This document shows positions 34,796 to 48,360 of a DNA stretch of 64,000 bases, one piece after another. The notes beneath the pieces are model-generated. The model saw only the letters and a list, made by a program, of their open reading frames with translations, was not told where the DNA came from and made no database searches. The DNA comes from Azolla caroliniana (lineage: Eukaryota > Plantae > Polypodiophyta): NCBI GenBank assembly GCA_043228905.1, contig JBHGNT010000006.1, forward strand, positions 14,322,001-14,386,000. The letters are read 5' to 3'. Position 1 is the first letter of the stretch. Each line of letters starts with the position of its first letter. A program made the position numbers and the translations under genes.

Positions 34796-35226
34796 TGTTG
34801 AGCGGCAAGCTCAACCGGAGCCGGATCGGCTGAATAAGCCTGAGCCGGTAAGCAAGATGAATCGGTATGCCAGTGAGCAACCGAGCTGGTAAGCAGTAAG
34901 GACCAGTGAGTTGGGGAGCCGGTATGCCGGATCCAATCCGTAACCGAAAGCCTAGTATAGGTTAGACTACTAGGCAGTTATAGTCTGGTAGTTAGTGTCA
35001 GATGCTCGTGTGAGCATTGAAGTACACTGTACTTCTAATAGTCCCGTGTGGACTTGTATAAATAGCGCTGATGAGCGCGTTGTAGATACAGAGCACAGAG
35101 TATTCATATAATTTTTGAAGAATAGTGTGTCTTGCTCTCTCTGTCTCTCTCTGTCTCTCCCGCGTACTCTCTCTCTCTCTGTGTATTTTTCTTTCTTTCT
35201 AACGCTTCCGCAAGCTATCTTTCACA
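34796..35226 (+). repeat. 5' LTR of copia F
   Basis: TGTTGAG...TTCACA directly followed by TGGTATCAGAGC. Confidence 0.92.
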
Positions 35227-35322
35227 TGGTATCAGAGCATGTGGGTTGAGAACCTCTGCTGCAGACATCTACGCTTGTGAAGGAAACCCTACCATATTGG
35301 AAAAACAGATGCAAAAGGAGAA

Positions 35323-38300
35323 ATGGACAGAGGTATTGCTACGTCGCTCCCGGTGGAGAAGCTCGATAGAACCAACTACGCATCTTGGTCATACAAGATG
35401 CACCAGTACCTGCTTGGGCATGGCTACTGGAGTTATGTCGACGGAGTGAACGACTCAACACTGGAGACGACACACAAGGACTTCCCAGTGTGGGAACAAG
35501 CGGCAAGCAGGGTGATGTACTGCTTCGCGTCCAGTGTCGGTGACCAGCTGCTCAGCCATATCCGTGACGCCAAGACACCAAAGGATACTTGGGGAAACCT
35601 GAAAAAGGTTTTCGCCGCAAGCACCACTGCCCGGAAGTTGCAACTCAGACAGGAGTTGAGCAATGTACGACAGAAGAACATGTCGGTGGCAGATGTTACC
35701 GGCCGGCAAGGAGTCCAAAATACGGAGTGAAGGAATTAATTTAGTATGGTTGTAAATAAGCATAGTGTGGACGGACGGACTGGAAACGGTATGCCGTTCC
35801 AGATCCGGACGGATCCCGAATAGGTGCGATAGGCACCGTTTTGTACTACGGGCCGGAAACCTATTTAAAGGCCCGGACCCCATTGTAATCTCAGCGGATA
35901 ATTAATAGAGCATATGGTGTTTATACTTCTGTGTTGCTTTCCGTTCTGTAGCTACTGTGATATCTTACGCGTGTAATTTACCAAAGCACTCTAATCGTGT
36001 AACCTACGTAAGTCGGTGTAATCGTTGAATCTTAATCCTATGCCGTAATCACCCTTTGGTGAAGTGTCTCCGTGACACCTTGTGTTAGGCCTTGTCCGGT
36101 CAGAGAATAACAGCAGATTACACAGACCAGATCAAAGGGATCTGTGACTCGCTTGCCTCTATTAACATCACCGTAGAGGAAGACGAGATGGTGCAGGTCT
36201 GTCTTGGAGGCCTGGCTTCCAAGTTCGGAGCTTTCCGTATTGCGGTTTGTACAAGGGAGAATACGCCCTCATTTTTCGACTTACAGTCGATGCTCCTTGT
36301 AGAGGAGAACCACGTCGGTGCATCTACTAGTGCATCCCCTGACAGCCGGATGTTGTACATGGGAGCGGATCGGTCCCGCGGGCGTGGTGGACTAGGCAGC
36401 TCGGCACGCAATGGAGGTGGCCAGCAAGAGCAAGAACGGAAGCACAGTGAGCGTGCCAACAGCAGTTCCGGGACTTCGACAAGCAAGGGGAGTCAAGGTG
36501 GTGCCGGAGGCCGGCAAGACAAATTCGCTACGGAATGCTGGTACTGTGGCAAAAAGGGCCACAGGGAAAGCGAGTGTTGGAGAAAGCGTGCCGATTTGGA
36601 CAAATCCGGATCCGGCAAGACCGGTAAGGAAGACCGGCAAAGCTCGCACTACGCAAACGGATCGGGAGGATCCAAGAACGGTAAGGGGCCAGCCTTGGTG
36701 ATGAAGCACAAGGCAAACTCAATGAAGAAGACCACTTCCAAATCGGAGGAAGTGTGGTACGTTGACTCCGGCGCATCGAACCACATGACGAGCCACGGGG
36801 AGTGGTTCTCCTTTTTGGAGAAGCCGGATTAACCGGGAGTTGTCGAAACCGGAGACGACACTCCCCACCCGATCGTGCACGTCGGAGAAGTCCCTTTGAG
36901 CCACGTCGGACAGAAGGAGAAGCTAATGAATGTATTACCTGTTCCGACGATCACGAAGAACCTGGTGTTGGTCGGACATATCGCCGACCAGGGGATGCAG
37001 GTGCGGTTTACGCCCCTCGGGTGCTTCATTGAGGATGAGGGCGAAGTTATTGCGCAAGGGCGCAGAGATGGGAGGATGTTTATCCTCAATACCAATGACG
37101 TCGGCACCGCACTATTCGCCAAAGGACAGAAGGTCGAGTCAGATATCGACCTGTGGCACAAGCGGATCGGCCACGTCAACTACCGGAGGCTTCAAGACCT
37201 GCAAACGGAACAAGTCGTTTTCGGTTTTCCGATGTTCAGCGGCCGGAGAGCCCAGATTTGTGAAGCCTGCCAACTCGGGAACCAACACCGGCTTCCATTC
37301 CCCACTGAAAGAAATCGAAGCCGTAACAAGCTCGATCTTATCCATTCGGATGTGTGGGGACCGGCACAAAATGTTAGCATTGGCGAGAGTCGATATTTCG
37401 TCTCCTTCATCGACGACTACACGCGGCATACGTGGATCTACCTCATTGAGTTGAAGAGCGAAGTCTTCGAGTATTTCCGGAGCCTCCAGAAGATGGTGGA
37501 ACGGGAATCGGAGAGGAAGATCAAATGCCTACGGCCGGATGGCGGAAAAGAGTACTTTTCCGGCCAATTCAACAGCTATCTACAACAAAAAGGAATTCGG
37601 CGAGAATCCAGTTGCAAATACACACCGCAACAGAACGGTGTGGCTGAAAGGAAGAATCGGTAGTCGCTGATTGACGCGGCTAGGGCAATGCTGGAGGAAA
37701 AGAGCATGCCCAAGTTCTACTGGGCGGAGGCGGTCCAAACGGTCGTTTACATCCAGAACCGGATCGGGGACAAGGTGTCAGCTCACGAGCTGTATTTCGG
37801 GCACAAGCCGAATTTGAGACACCTCCGGATATTCGGCAGCATAGCCTATGTACATGTGCCGAATGAGAAGCGGAGAAAGCTGGATGCAAAATCGGAAAAA
37901 TGCATCCTAGTCGGTTATGCTCAAGAGCAAAAGGGGTATAAGTGTTATAACCCCCGGACGAAGCAGGTCCGAGTCAGCTGAGATGTCGAGTTTGATGAAT
38001 CGGCATCGTGGTATTCCTTATCGACTCCGACTTCCGATCCCAACTCGATGACGGAGGATGGGGCTAGTGAGCCCAAACCGGCCCAGGTAGAGAAAGATGA
38101 AGCCAGAACTCAAGATGAAAGTCCGGAATCGTTCCGGTTAAGCGGACCGAATGAGAGACTGGATCAGTCCAACCAGTCGGATGATGAGACGACGAGTAGT
38201 GGAGACTCTGTCGTGCTCTCCCCGCACAAGGAACCGAGGAGACGGTTCACACGCAAAGAGAAAGGGAAGGAGAAGATGCTGGAATTCGAGACCGGCAATG

Positions 38301-40642
38301 ATGAGTCGGATCGGTGCATATCTGACTTCGGCAAGGACATAGGCAGATCTTTGGGAACGAAGACCGAACCGGCCAAGAAGGGTCTCAAACCGGGTAACGG
38401 TGAGTTACGCCGGTCCACCCGCCAGAAGGATCCCGTTAAACGGTACAGGTATAACGAGTACATGGCGTATCATTATGCATACATGACCAAGGTCGCGGAA
38501 GTGCGTGAGCCGGAGAGCTACGCAGAAGCGGCAAAGGACGCAAATTGGTGTGCCGCTATGAAGGAAGAAATGCGGGCACTAGACGCCAACGAAACTTGGG
38601 ACCTGGTTGACCCTCCCCGTCACTGTAAACCGATCGGATGCAAGTGGGTGTACAAGGTAAAGTACAATGCCGATGGTAAACCGATCGGATATGCGTAGAC
38701 CCACAGAATCGACTACGACGAGACCTTCGCTTTTGTAGCGAAGATGACGACGGTTCGTGTGGTACTGGCGGTTGTTGCGGCAAGGGGGTGGCATCTTCAT
38801 CAGATGGATGTGAAGAATGTCTTTATTCAAGGAGATCTTGAAGAAGAAGTCTTTATGACTCAGCCCCCCGGATTTCAGTCGGAGGTGAACAAGTCGGCGA
38901 CATGCCGGCTGAGGAAGTCGTTGTACGGCTTGAAGCAAGCCCCCCATGCTTGGAATGTTAAGATCACGCACCGGTTGCGAAAGATGGGGTTTGTTGCCTC
39001 TAAGTCGGACTCTTCCCTGTTCATCCATCAAGGCTCAAATGGTCCGGTATGTATCTTACTCTATGTTGATGATTTAGTCATCACCGGCCCAAGTCTTCCG
39101 GAAATCAACCGCATCAAGTCCCAGTTGTCGGACGCATTCGATATGAAGGACTTGGGGGACCTTCATTATTTTTTGGGGATCGAGGTGATCCGCACCCCCG
39201 ACGGCATATTGCTTTCTCAACGCCATTATGTGTTGAATATGTTGTACAAGTTTGGCATGACGGAATGCCAACCTGTCTCCACACCCCTAGACCGGAATCA
39301 GAAGATCCGTCCCAACTCCGGACCAGCCTACGATGAGAAACGGTTCTGACAAATAGTCGGAAGCCTGATCTACTTGACCATCACCCGACCCGACATTAGC
39401 TATCCGGTCGGAGTGGTAAGCCAATTCATGCAGAAGCCGACCGTGGAGCACCTTTAGTGCACGCAACGGATACTGAGGTATGTAAGCGGCACTAAGGACC
39501 GTGGGCTCTTATACCGGCAAGGTATAACCGAAGAGCTTGTTGGATACACGGATGCCGACTGGGCTAGCGACGCAACGGATCGTCACTCAACTTTCGTCTT
39601 TATGTTTTGTCTTGGGAGCGCGGCTATTGCGTGGAGCAGCAAAAAGCAAGCAACAGTGGCTCTATCTAGCACTAAGGCGGAATACCGGGGTGCGACCATT
39701 GCCACCTGCGAAGCCATTTGGCTTCGGCAACTACTGCAAGACCTGCGGATCAAGGTACCGACCCCGATCCTAATCTACTGCGATAACCTCAGCAGCATGC
39801 AGCTGGGCAAGAACCTTGTGTTCCATGCTCACACAAAGCACATAGAAGTGCATTATCACTTCGTGCGTGAGCGGGTCCTGAGCGGTGAAGTTGAACTACA
39901 ATATGTTCACATGGATCGGCAAGTTGCCGACATCTTCACCAAGCCACTCGGGTCGGACAAGTTGCAGCACTTTATCGAAATGCTTGGTGTTCAGCATCTC
40001 GACGTGCCGTACTTGAGGGGGAGACGCAAGAAGCGCAAGGGCAAAGACATTACCGAAATGGGCAAAGGCAAAACTGTTGAACCCGTAGGTAAGAGAAGAA
40101 CCGGTACAAGTGGAGACAAGAAGGAAAATGAAGCCAAGTCGACGAAGGAAGTCGGCACAACCGAACAAGTCGGTGAACCGGCTGAAGAAGCCAAGAGAAG
40201 CACGGAGAAGGCCAAGACCCGGACGTGGTCCGATGTGGTGAGAGGCCTGAAGCCGAAAATCGAATCGGAGGATACTGATTCGAACAAGAGCTGGAACAAG
40301 TCGGAGACAGCTGATTCGGATCAACAGACAGATCCAGATGAGTCGGATCAACGAGAGGCCAAGGAGACACGGACGCGGAGGAAGTCGATGCCATCGTGGA
40401 GGAACCGACGGATCGGCAAGCGCCGGAGTCATAGCAGCGAAGGAGCTGAGATGGGCCTATTGAGCAGACATGCCGAAGGTCGACGTGCACAGAACCAAAG
40501 GGGTCGCGGCAAACGGAACCAGACTAGACAAGGAGCGCGAGCAAGGCGAAGCGACGCTAGGAGAAGTCGGTTGGAAGAACCAGCTGCCGCAGAGGTTGAC
40601 ACTACGACCCTACCTCAGGTTGAGCTTGAGGGGGAGTGTTGA
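35323..40642 (+). pseudogene. Copia F gag-pol with several stops, a solo-LTR insertion and an about 200-aa tail after RNase H
   Basis: KLDRTNYASWSYKM, CWYCGKKGHRESEC, WYVDSGASNH, WHKRIGH, IN core, LYVDDL, YCDN..HTKHIEV, ADIFTK. Confidence 0.92.
35694..36112. mobile_element. Solo LTR (419 bp), TSD GCAGA, in copia F gag
   Basis: TGTTA...TAACA; GCAGA at 35689-35693 and 36113-36117; gag reads MSVADYT after removal. Confidence 0.9.
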
Positions 40643-41168
40643 GCGGCAACCTCAACCGGAGCCGGATCGGCTTAATAAGCCTGAGCCGGTAGGCGAGATG
40701 AATCGGTATGCCAGTGAGCAACCGAGCCGGTAAGCAGTAAGGACCGGTGAGCTGGGGAGCCGGTATGCCGGATCCAATTCGTAACCGAAAGCCTAGTATA
40801 GGTTAGACTACTAGGCAGTTATAGTCTGGTAGTTAGTGTCAGATGCTCGTGTGAGCATTGAAGTACACTGTACTTCTAACAGTCCTGTGTGGACTTGACA
40901 GGAACTGCACGCTGCCTATGCGCAACGCTCGGCCACAACCGAGCTTAGAATCATACACAGAAAACGGGAGATGAAAGCATGACACAATGGAGAGAGGAGT
41001 ACACAAGATGTTAGCGTGGAAAAACCCAAACCAGGGAAAAAACCACGGCAGCCCACAGACTACAAACTATCACTATATCAGAATGTACAATAGTGAGCTC
41101 ACGGAGGCAACGACCTCGTGCTCACGATCTTCGCCACAGGTAGCGGTTACAACAGAGGCAGCAACCTC

Positions 41169-41218
<50 letters not shown>

Positions 41219-41842
41219 CACTATTACACGCTCTCAAGTCTTGCACCAACAAGAATGACAACAACGCTTTCGCACTGTCTCTACAAAAAGTTTTCCCTAA
41301 GTCATATTTATACTAATATGACTTTTCGGCTATTTACAAATATAGCCACGATGGACTCTCAAAAACATATTTACGAATATGTCTCTTCATCCGGTGAGCA
41401 CTCCTCACCGGGCCTGCATCATCCGGCGCTTGCTGGGTACTCGTCATCCGGTTCTCAACGGGTCTGCACCATCCGGCTCTCCGTAGTCGGGTACTCATCA
41501 TCTGGTTCTCACCGGGTTTGCAACATCCGGCTCTCCGTAGCCGGGTACTCGTCATCCGGTTCTCACCGGGTCTTCCGTAGCTGGGTATTCCTCATCTGGT
41601 TCCGGCCTCGGCCGAGTTTGCTCATCAGTACTGTTCTTCTGACTTCCCATCTGGAGGGACCTGTTTCCTAACAGGACTTTTATAAATAGCGCTGATGAGC
41701 GCGTTGTAGATACAGAGCACAGAGTATTCATATAATTTTTGAAGAATAGTGTGTCTTGCTCTCTCTGTCTCTCCCGCGTACTCTCTCTCTCTCTCCGTGT
41801 ATTGTTCTTTCTTTCTAACACTTCCGCAAGCTATCTTTCACA
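40637..41842 (+). repeat. 3' LTR of copia F (40637-40895 plus 41679-41842)
   Basis: Matches 34796-35226 on both sides of the insertion. Confidence 0.92.
40896..41673 (-). mobile_element. Solo LTR (778 bp) related to the copia A/B/D LTR, TSD GGACT
   Basis: TGACAGGAA...TTCCTAACA; shares GTGGAAAA..GGGAAAAAACCACGG and CCTAAGTCATATTTATAC; internal tandem repeats 41390-41600. Confidence 0.9.
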
Positions 41843-41869
41843 AAAATATTAAAACATATATGACATGCA

Positions 41870-41937
41870 TAAAGCAAGATTCAAACCTTGTACCTCCATG
41901 TTAATAATTTGTAGCTTTACCATTACACTAACACATC
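41870..41937 (-). promoter_or_regulatory. tRNA-like A-box/B-box cassette in U3 of the solo LTR
   Basis: TAGTGTAATGG (41930-41920), 32 nt, then GGTTTGAATCT (41887-41877). Confidence 0.5.
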
Positions 41938-43999
41938 GTAAATGTTCAAAAATAGATATCCCACATACAAAGGTTTTTTCACGTATATGTTTTAGGAAAT
42001 GCTACTTTTACACGTAGAGTGCATAAAACTTTAGTTAGAAGAAAACACAGATCAAAAAAGCTATTCGTGCACATCTCACGTGCATGAACACTATTATTAG
42101 AAGAAAAAGCATCAAGTCTATAGCTAGAAAAAGCATGGATTGCTCTCCCATCACTATATAAGGGTGGGGAGCAAATTGTAATAGTTGTTGATTTGAGAGT
42201 CAAAATATTGATTAATATAATACTCGTGGGATTCACGAGATTTTCGATCTCTCTTTTCCAATCTATTCCTATCGATTCTAATCTATTCCAAAGTACAATT
42301 AGGGTTTTAAATATTAATCAAACTAAGAAACTATTCTTGTGTGATTCACAAGTTTCCTATATCTCTCTTACAATATATTCTTAACTAGATTCATCTCAAA
42401 TTCTTCCTCCTCGTCCAAAACCCTAGCAATTCCCACCCGACTCACGCAATGATCCGGTGATGAAAGGCACGACACCGTCGTCTTTGCTCCAGCTCCAATT
42501 GCAATAGGCTAGCTATCCGATGTTCCTCTAATTCACACAATGTCACCAACCTAAGCTGTTTAGACTCCTTTTCACTCAATCACTCCCGAACCTGGATTCG
42601 TAGGCTGGGAATATGGAACTCCATAGGCATGATGACCTCTAGCCAGAATCCCAATTGGAATGGTGTCATTTGGATACTCGTTTTATACGACGTCCGATAA
42701 GCCCATAATGTGCTTCATACTTTGGTGTCCAAGTCCGTCCAATAACCAGATGCTTGTCTTATATGTTTTCTGGTACGCCCATAGTGCGTTGTGCAATTTC
42801 GTATCCCAATCCATCTAGTTTTCATTGACTATCTTTTCAGTATTGTCTGCAACGTCTTGTTCGTTGATTCCGCCTAACCGTTTGTCTATGGGTAGTGCAG
42901 CATGCTTTTCTTACGAACTACAGCGTAAAATAGTGTCAAGATTTCCACCACCTAATCGATGAAATGGCTGCCTTGGTCGCTGATGAGTTCAATCGGGCAT
43001 CCGAATCGGCACCTTATACATTCATACAGAAATTTCGTCGTCGATGCCACAGAATTCTCCCGTAATGCCTTTGCTTCTACCCATTTCATACAATAGTCTG
43101 TAGCCACTATAATGTATCTATTTCTGGTGCGTGTTACTACCGACTTGAATGGTCCAACGAAATCTAATCCCCATTTTTGGAATCACTCCATTGGAAATAC
43201 TAGCGGATGAGGCATCTGTGCCTACTTCGTCATTTGGCCCATTATTTGGCATAAGTCGCATTCTCTACAGTACTAGATGAAGTCTTTGAAGGTAGTCGGC
43301 CACCCCAAGTCGCTTCACCAAATCTTCCAAGCTATCGCATCTCCAGTGTAATGTTCGTCGGCTACTCCGCAATGTGCTTCCCGTAGTACTACCTCCTTCT
43401 TATCACTTCGGACTACTCTTCTTCATATCCCGTCAGCTCCATTTTGGTATAGTGTGTCTTGTATGAGACAGAAATATCTGCTCAGCACCGCTAACCGCTT
43501 CTGTTTGTCCTGGTTCATTTCCTCTAGTGGCAGTCTGCCACTTAGGAACTACTGCATGTCCGTCATCCACTTGTCTTCAACTGGTACCAACGCATCTATT
43601 GCTTCTTCCGCAGTGATTTTGAACAGCTGTGCATCCAAAAATTCATCCCGAACACCACTCAGGTAATCCGCGACTGCGTGTTGTACTCCGGTCCAGGCTT
43701 GTGGTATATATGAAACTCGAATCCTTGTAGAGGTAGGGTCCATCGGGTGAGGTTACCCATGAGTGAAGCTTTGGAAACCAGATATACTAACACCAAGTGA
43801 TCGACATGGAATGAAAATTTCCAACCTAACAAATAGTGTCGGTACTTTGTCACACTATACACTATCCCTAAGGCTTCCCGTTCCGTCATTGAGTAATTCC
43901 GTTTGGCCTTCGAGAGTTTACGGCTTGCGTAGTATACCGGCCAATACCATTTCGGTTCGGTCAACTGCATCAATACGCTTCCGATTGCAGTATCCGACA

Positions 44000-45222
44000 C
44001 ATGTTGTGGAAGCCGGGACTTCCAGAAGAACTGTAAGCACTATCGAAAGGACAAAGGGGGAGCTGAAGGTGTTGAACTGAAGAAGATTTCAAAGTGTAAA
44101 AGCACCTCAGCCCTAGCGGCAAAGCGAAGAGGAACTGTTGTTCATCAATGAACAGAATGTTATGAACCTTGTCGATGACGAATACACTTGGGTGGTCGAC
44201 TCAAGTGCATCATTTCACCTGACTCCCAAGACAGAATGTTTCTCATCGTATATAGTTGGCGACTATGGTTGTGTGAAGATGGGAAACAAACATGCATGCA
44301 AGATTGTGGGATTAGGAAATGTATGTTTGCTAACATCGAGAGGCTACAAAATGGTGCTCAAGGACGTACGTCATGTACCAGATATCAGGCTAAATCTGAT
44401 ATCGACTGGACGGTTGGACGATGAGGGCTACAATGGTAGTTTCCATAACCGAATCTTCAAATTCTGCAAGGGGAACCTGATTGTGGCTCGGGCCAAGAAG
44501 CAAAATACATTGTATGTATTGCATGCACGACTATGCCGAAACGAGGTAAATATGGCGGCAGACACAACCGACGAGTTGTGGCACTGTGCCATATGAGTCA
44601 AAAGGGGATGACATAGATACTGGCTGAGAAAGATCTCCTACCAGAGATGAAATATGTGCATATGGACAATTGTGTCGACTGCCTGGCCGGCAAACAAAAT
44701 AGGGCCTCTTTTCGCCCTAGGCCTCCGATGCAAATAAAGACTGCCTTGGAACTTGTACACACCAATGTATGTTATGTAGACGCAAGATCTCATTCTAGTG
44801 GACAGTACTTCATAACCTTCATTAATGATTACAGCCGGAAATTGTGGGTTTACGTGTTGAAGATGAAGGATCAAGTGTTGAGTGTTTTCAAGGGGTTCCA
44901 GGCTCGGACCGAAAGGGAATCCGAACAAAAGCTGAAAGTTATCCGAACAGGAGAGTATAGAGGGCAGTTCGAAGAATACTAGTAATCGCAAGGTATCCAG
45001 CTAGAGTATATAGTGCCGAAGACGCTAGAATTAAATGGGTTGACCGAAAGGATGAACCCGAATATCATGGAAAGAGTCCGAAGTATGGTGGCACATGCAA
45101 AATTGCCAAAGATATATTGGGTTGAGGCATTGATGATGAATGTTAGAAGGTACCATAGAAAGTGTGGTCTGACAAAGAGGTGTCATACCAGCATCTTAAG
45201 GTGTTTGGTTGCTTGGCCTATG
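44000..45222 (+). pseudogene. Tork-like copia internal fragment (gag knuckle, PR, IN)
   Basis: WVVDSSASFHL, KDVRHVPDIRLNLIS, LELVHTNVC, PKTLELNGLTERMN. Confidence 0.88.
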
Positions 45223-46889
45223 CAATCTCTATTTGATTGTCTGCAACTTAGAGACATCACACTGCAAGTTTATACTCTTTACTTTGAGTGCTTTTAAGCT
45301 CTTTCATGTCTAATCAACACTTGTATATTTCTCTTTATTCTTTGTGGGTTTTCACCTCATGTTGAGGTTTACCACTAGTAATAAAAGTGTTACTATAAAA
45401 AAAAAACTCCTATGACACATTAGTTATGTTACATAGTGGTGGTGTTTTCACACACTTCACATATTCTCAATGTATTTTCCCACACTAGGTTAAGTTGAGT
45501 TTGATTCTCAACAACTAAGTTATGTTTATTTCAATCATTGATTTGCATCGGTTACTCGACTTTAAATTTATTTTAATACGGATAAAAAGAGGTTTTGGAA
45601 TTATTCTATTGTCGTTGGACTAGGTTCAAAAAGTTGATGCAACGTGTAGCACAAATTTTGCATACTTCCTTTTCTTTTCTTCTTTTTCCGAGAAAAAGCC
45701 GCTTCCCATTGGTTAAGCGAATCACATAGTGACACCTTAGATCAAATAAGGGGGGTCAATCACTATCCACATAATAGCAAACGGTTGCATGACAAAACCT
45801 ATTATTTTTGAACCAGCATCAAAACACAACTAGCAAGCTTTTGAATGCAACTAGACATAATTTCACTAAAAGCAATATAGGTGATTTGCTGACCAGGGGG
45901 AGTAGAGCTAGTGAGGTAGCTGGTAGCACCATTTCGGATGTCCTAATGTGAAGTCCACCAATGTTGTAGTTTCCTAGAGTGAGATAAATTGTGCCCATGC
46001 AACTCTTAAGACTCTAAATCTTCCTACAAGTTTTCGAATTGTGCACGCAAGGATACTACTAGATTAGTCCATATAGTTGTGATGGCATCTGCAATTGTGT
46101 GTGTTTCCCTTGAGTACCATTTGAGACATCTAAATTTCCAAATATTCCACAAACCGATTGATGCCATAGTTGACCATACTTCTTACAGATTTCATCATCC
46201 CCAAATTTGCGTGCATCCAATCATTGTCCATGTCAAGTAGGTTCTATGCACTATGAGTGCTAAGGATGACTCCTACGCTCCACACATCTATGCATTCTTT
46301 GGTAGAGACCACCATATAGCATAACCACATGAAATCGAGCCTTCCATGTCACATGTCATCAGAATGCATATAATTGTTTCCCAAATCATATTTGCATACA
46401 TGCAAGATCACAAGCAATGTTCAATCAATTCTGAGTCGTAATTGCAGCTCCTAAAGGCGCCATCTTTGCCTCTCTGTTGTAGCCATTTACCAACCAGGAG
46501 GGTTTTATGGCTAATAAGCCAAAGAAAGGATTTGCATTTTTCAAGCAAGTCAGCTTCCCACATCTTTCTCCAATAAGCTTGCATCAAGTTTCATCTAATC
46601 CCTCCTCCCTCCATTTACTACCAAGCGCATCTTTGTGAATTCCATGTTGTTGAATGATATTTCGGCCAATTTTCGCTATTACTAAAACTTTTGTTTTTTT
46701 TTTTGTTTTTTTTCCTACGTCCCATTAAAATTCTTAGGGGTCCTAGGTAACTTTCTCTAGCTCCACCCCCTCTTGGATCTAGACTAGAGATGCATCATGC
46801 TACTTATGGGACCCTAGGTCGATTTCCCAATTTTTTACCACTAGTAGTAATTAACCATACTGGCTTCGAACGTCCCTCTTGTGATATGT

Positions 46890-47200
46890 TTACATCGTCA
46901 TTGACCTGTATCTATATATATCAGAATGCACCACATGCTTGACCTCATGCAACTCATATGCTGTGTCAAACCAGCTAGCCCATTGATACCCTGCATTTGT
47001 GCCATCTATGTTGTCCCTTATTCCCTCATACAATCTTATAGTGTTCAAAATCACATTCAGCATAGTCACCCATTGTTTGCCTTTTTCTGTATCAACTGCA
47101 TTATAAAGCCCCTTCTGTTCACACCAAGATGCCAACGTGAAGCTTCCATGCTCTACAAAGAATTCCTTTTCTCAACAGTTTCCAGGCTTTCATGACCGAT
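46890..47200 (-). pseudogene. Possible hAT-like transposase fragment
   Basis: Short frame with a WASWF motif resembling hAT TRW.S; weak. Confidence 0.3.
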
Positions 47201-47299
47201 CATATTAGTCCATTGTCCATGCTCCGCGGAATCTTCATGTTCAATTCCTTTATAAATGCCCAATAGGGCATGTCTAGACATTAGCAAATTTTGCATACT

Positions 47300-48360
47300 T
47301 GATAGAAGCCCAAAGATCAACCAATAGTTATGAATGCATGAATATTAATGGCTTTCTTGTTTCCAAAACATATATATACTCTATAGAGGAATGTGAAATC
47401 TTGCAAGATCAATTCAACATGTATAAAAATGGTGTTGGGCGATTTCGCAATGAACTATCAAAACCAAACATTGCAAAATATAAACCTGTCTCGTGGGGGA
47501 GAGATATGGGTACAATTTGCCCTTACTATAGTCATTAGATTGTAGAGTATTGTTTCAAGTATTTTATCTAATTTTTCATTATTTTTTTAATGTTGTTAAT
47601 ATTCTAGAATGATATATGTTGCTTGCTTTATAATTATGTCATAGTATTGCTCTTTTGGAGTTGAGAAAGGATTTGAAGTGCACATGCATTGCCACACAGA
47701 AAAAGGAGGAATCATTTGAAGGTGAAACAAGTGGAGAGATTAGTATGTCTTAAAGAAAACTTAAGGCTTGTTTGGAACCCTCAAACTCATGCAAGTCTAA
47801 ATCTTACTTGTGGTTGTTGTTTAGACAAGTCATTTATAGGGTAGTTAATGAGCATGAGCCTTGTGTGTTTGTTGTGGTTTAAACTTCATCATTATATTAC
47901 GAAAATATTATTTGATTTAGGGGAATCCGAATGAGCTAGGCACAACCAATTATTTTGAAATGCCTCCCTCAACAAATAATATTGATGCTCAAGTTACACA
48001 AGCATATTTTGAGGAAGTTGATGTTGTGCATATAAGACATATTACTTAGAGTAGATCTAAGTTTGCCTCTATGATAGTGGATGAAGTATTGGCATGTTCA
48101 AGTTCTAGCACTATTAGAGGAGATTGGGGATGTGTTCATAGTCGTGCATGTGTGAGAGTTGCACGTACAAGAAGGGTACTTACTTGACAAGCTACAATTG
48201 TTGCATGCAACGTTGAAGATGGTAATGATGATGAAAGAGATCAACATGATGACAACATTGACAATGCCATGGTAGATTCATCTTCTAATTATTATATGGA
48301 CAACTATGATGGTACAACAACTTAATCCTCCAATGATGATGTAGAAGAAGAAACATGACG
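47300..48360 (+). pseudogene. Degenerate hAT transposase C-terminus (dimerisation region)
   Basis: QFNMYKNGVGRF..P.SW, CRVL.Q, probable intron, then a KRRNHL-like motif near 47700 and an acidic tail. Confidence 0.55.

Larger units (their letters stand above)
34796..41842 (+). mobile_element. Full-length degenerate Ty1/copia F (different family), TSD AAAAT
   Basis: LTRs 34796-35226 and 40637-41842 (interrupted), PBS 35227-35238, PPT 40628-40636, AAAAT on both sides. Confidence 0.93.
34719..42474 (+). mobile_element. Solo LTR (about 704 bp: 34719-34795 plus 41848-42474) with 4-bp TSD CCGT, split by copia F
   Basis: TGTCGT...ACGACA termini; CCGT at 34715-34718 and 42475-42478; removal restores EQRRRKAF in frame; TATATAA near 42155. 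Confidence 0.85.
31449..44000 (-). mobile_element. Degenerate Athila-like gypsy A2 (relative of gypsy A) in pieces 31449-34718 and 42479-44000
   Basis: RH (AIGSVLMQLTEPKWY), IN, GKLWFGWTGPMWI and the extra ORF are all homologous to gypsy A. Confidence 0.88.

Noticed and set aside
45372-45390. CACTAGTA as a CACTA TIR (also near 46839)
   Set aside because: No inverted partner with a 3-bp TSD or transposase was found.
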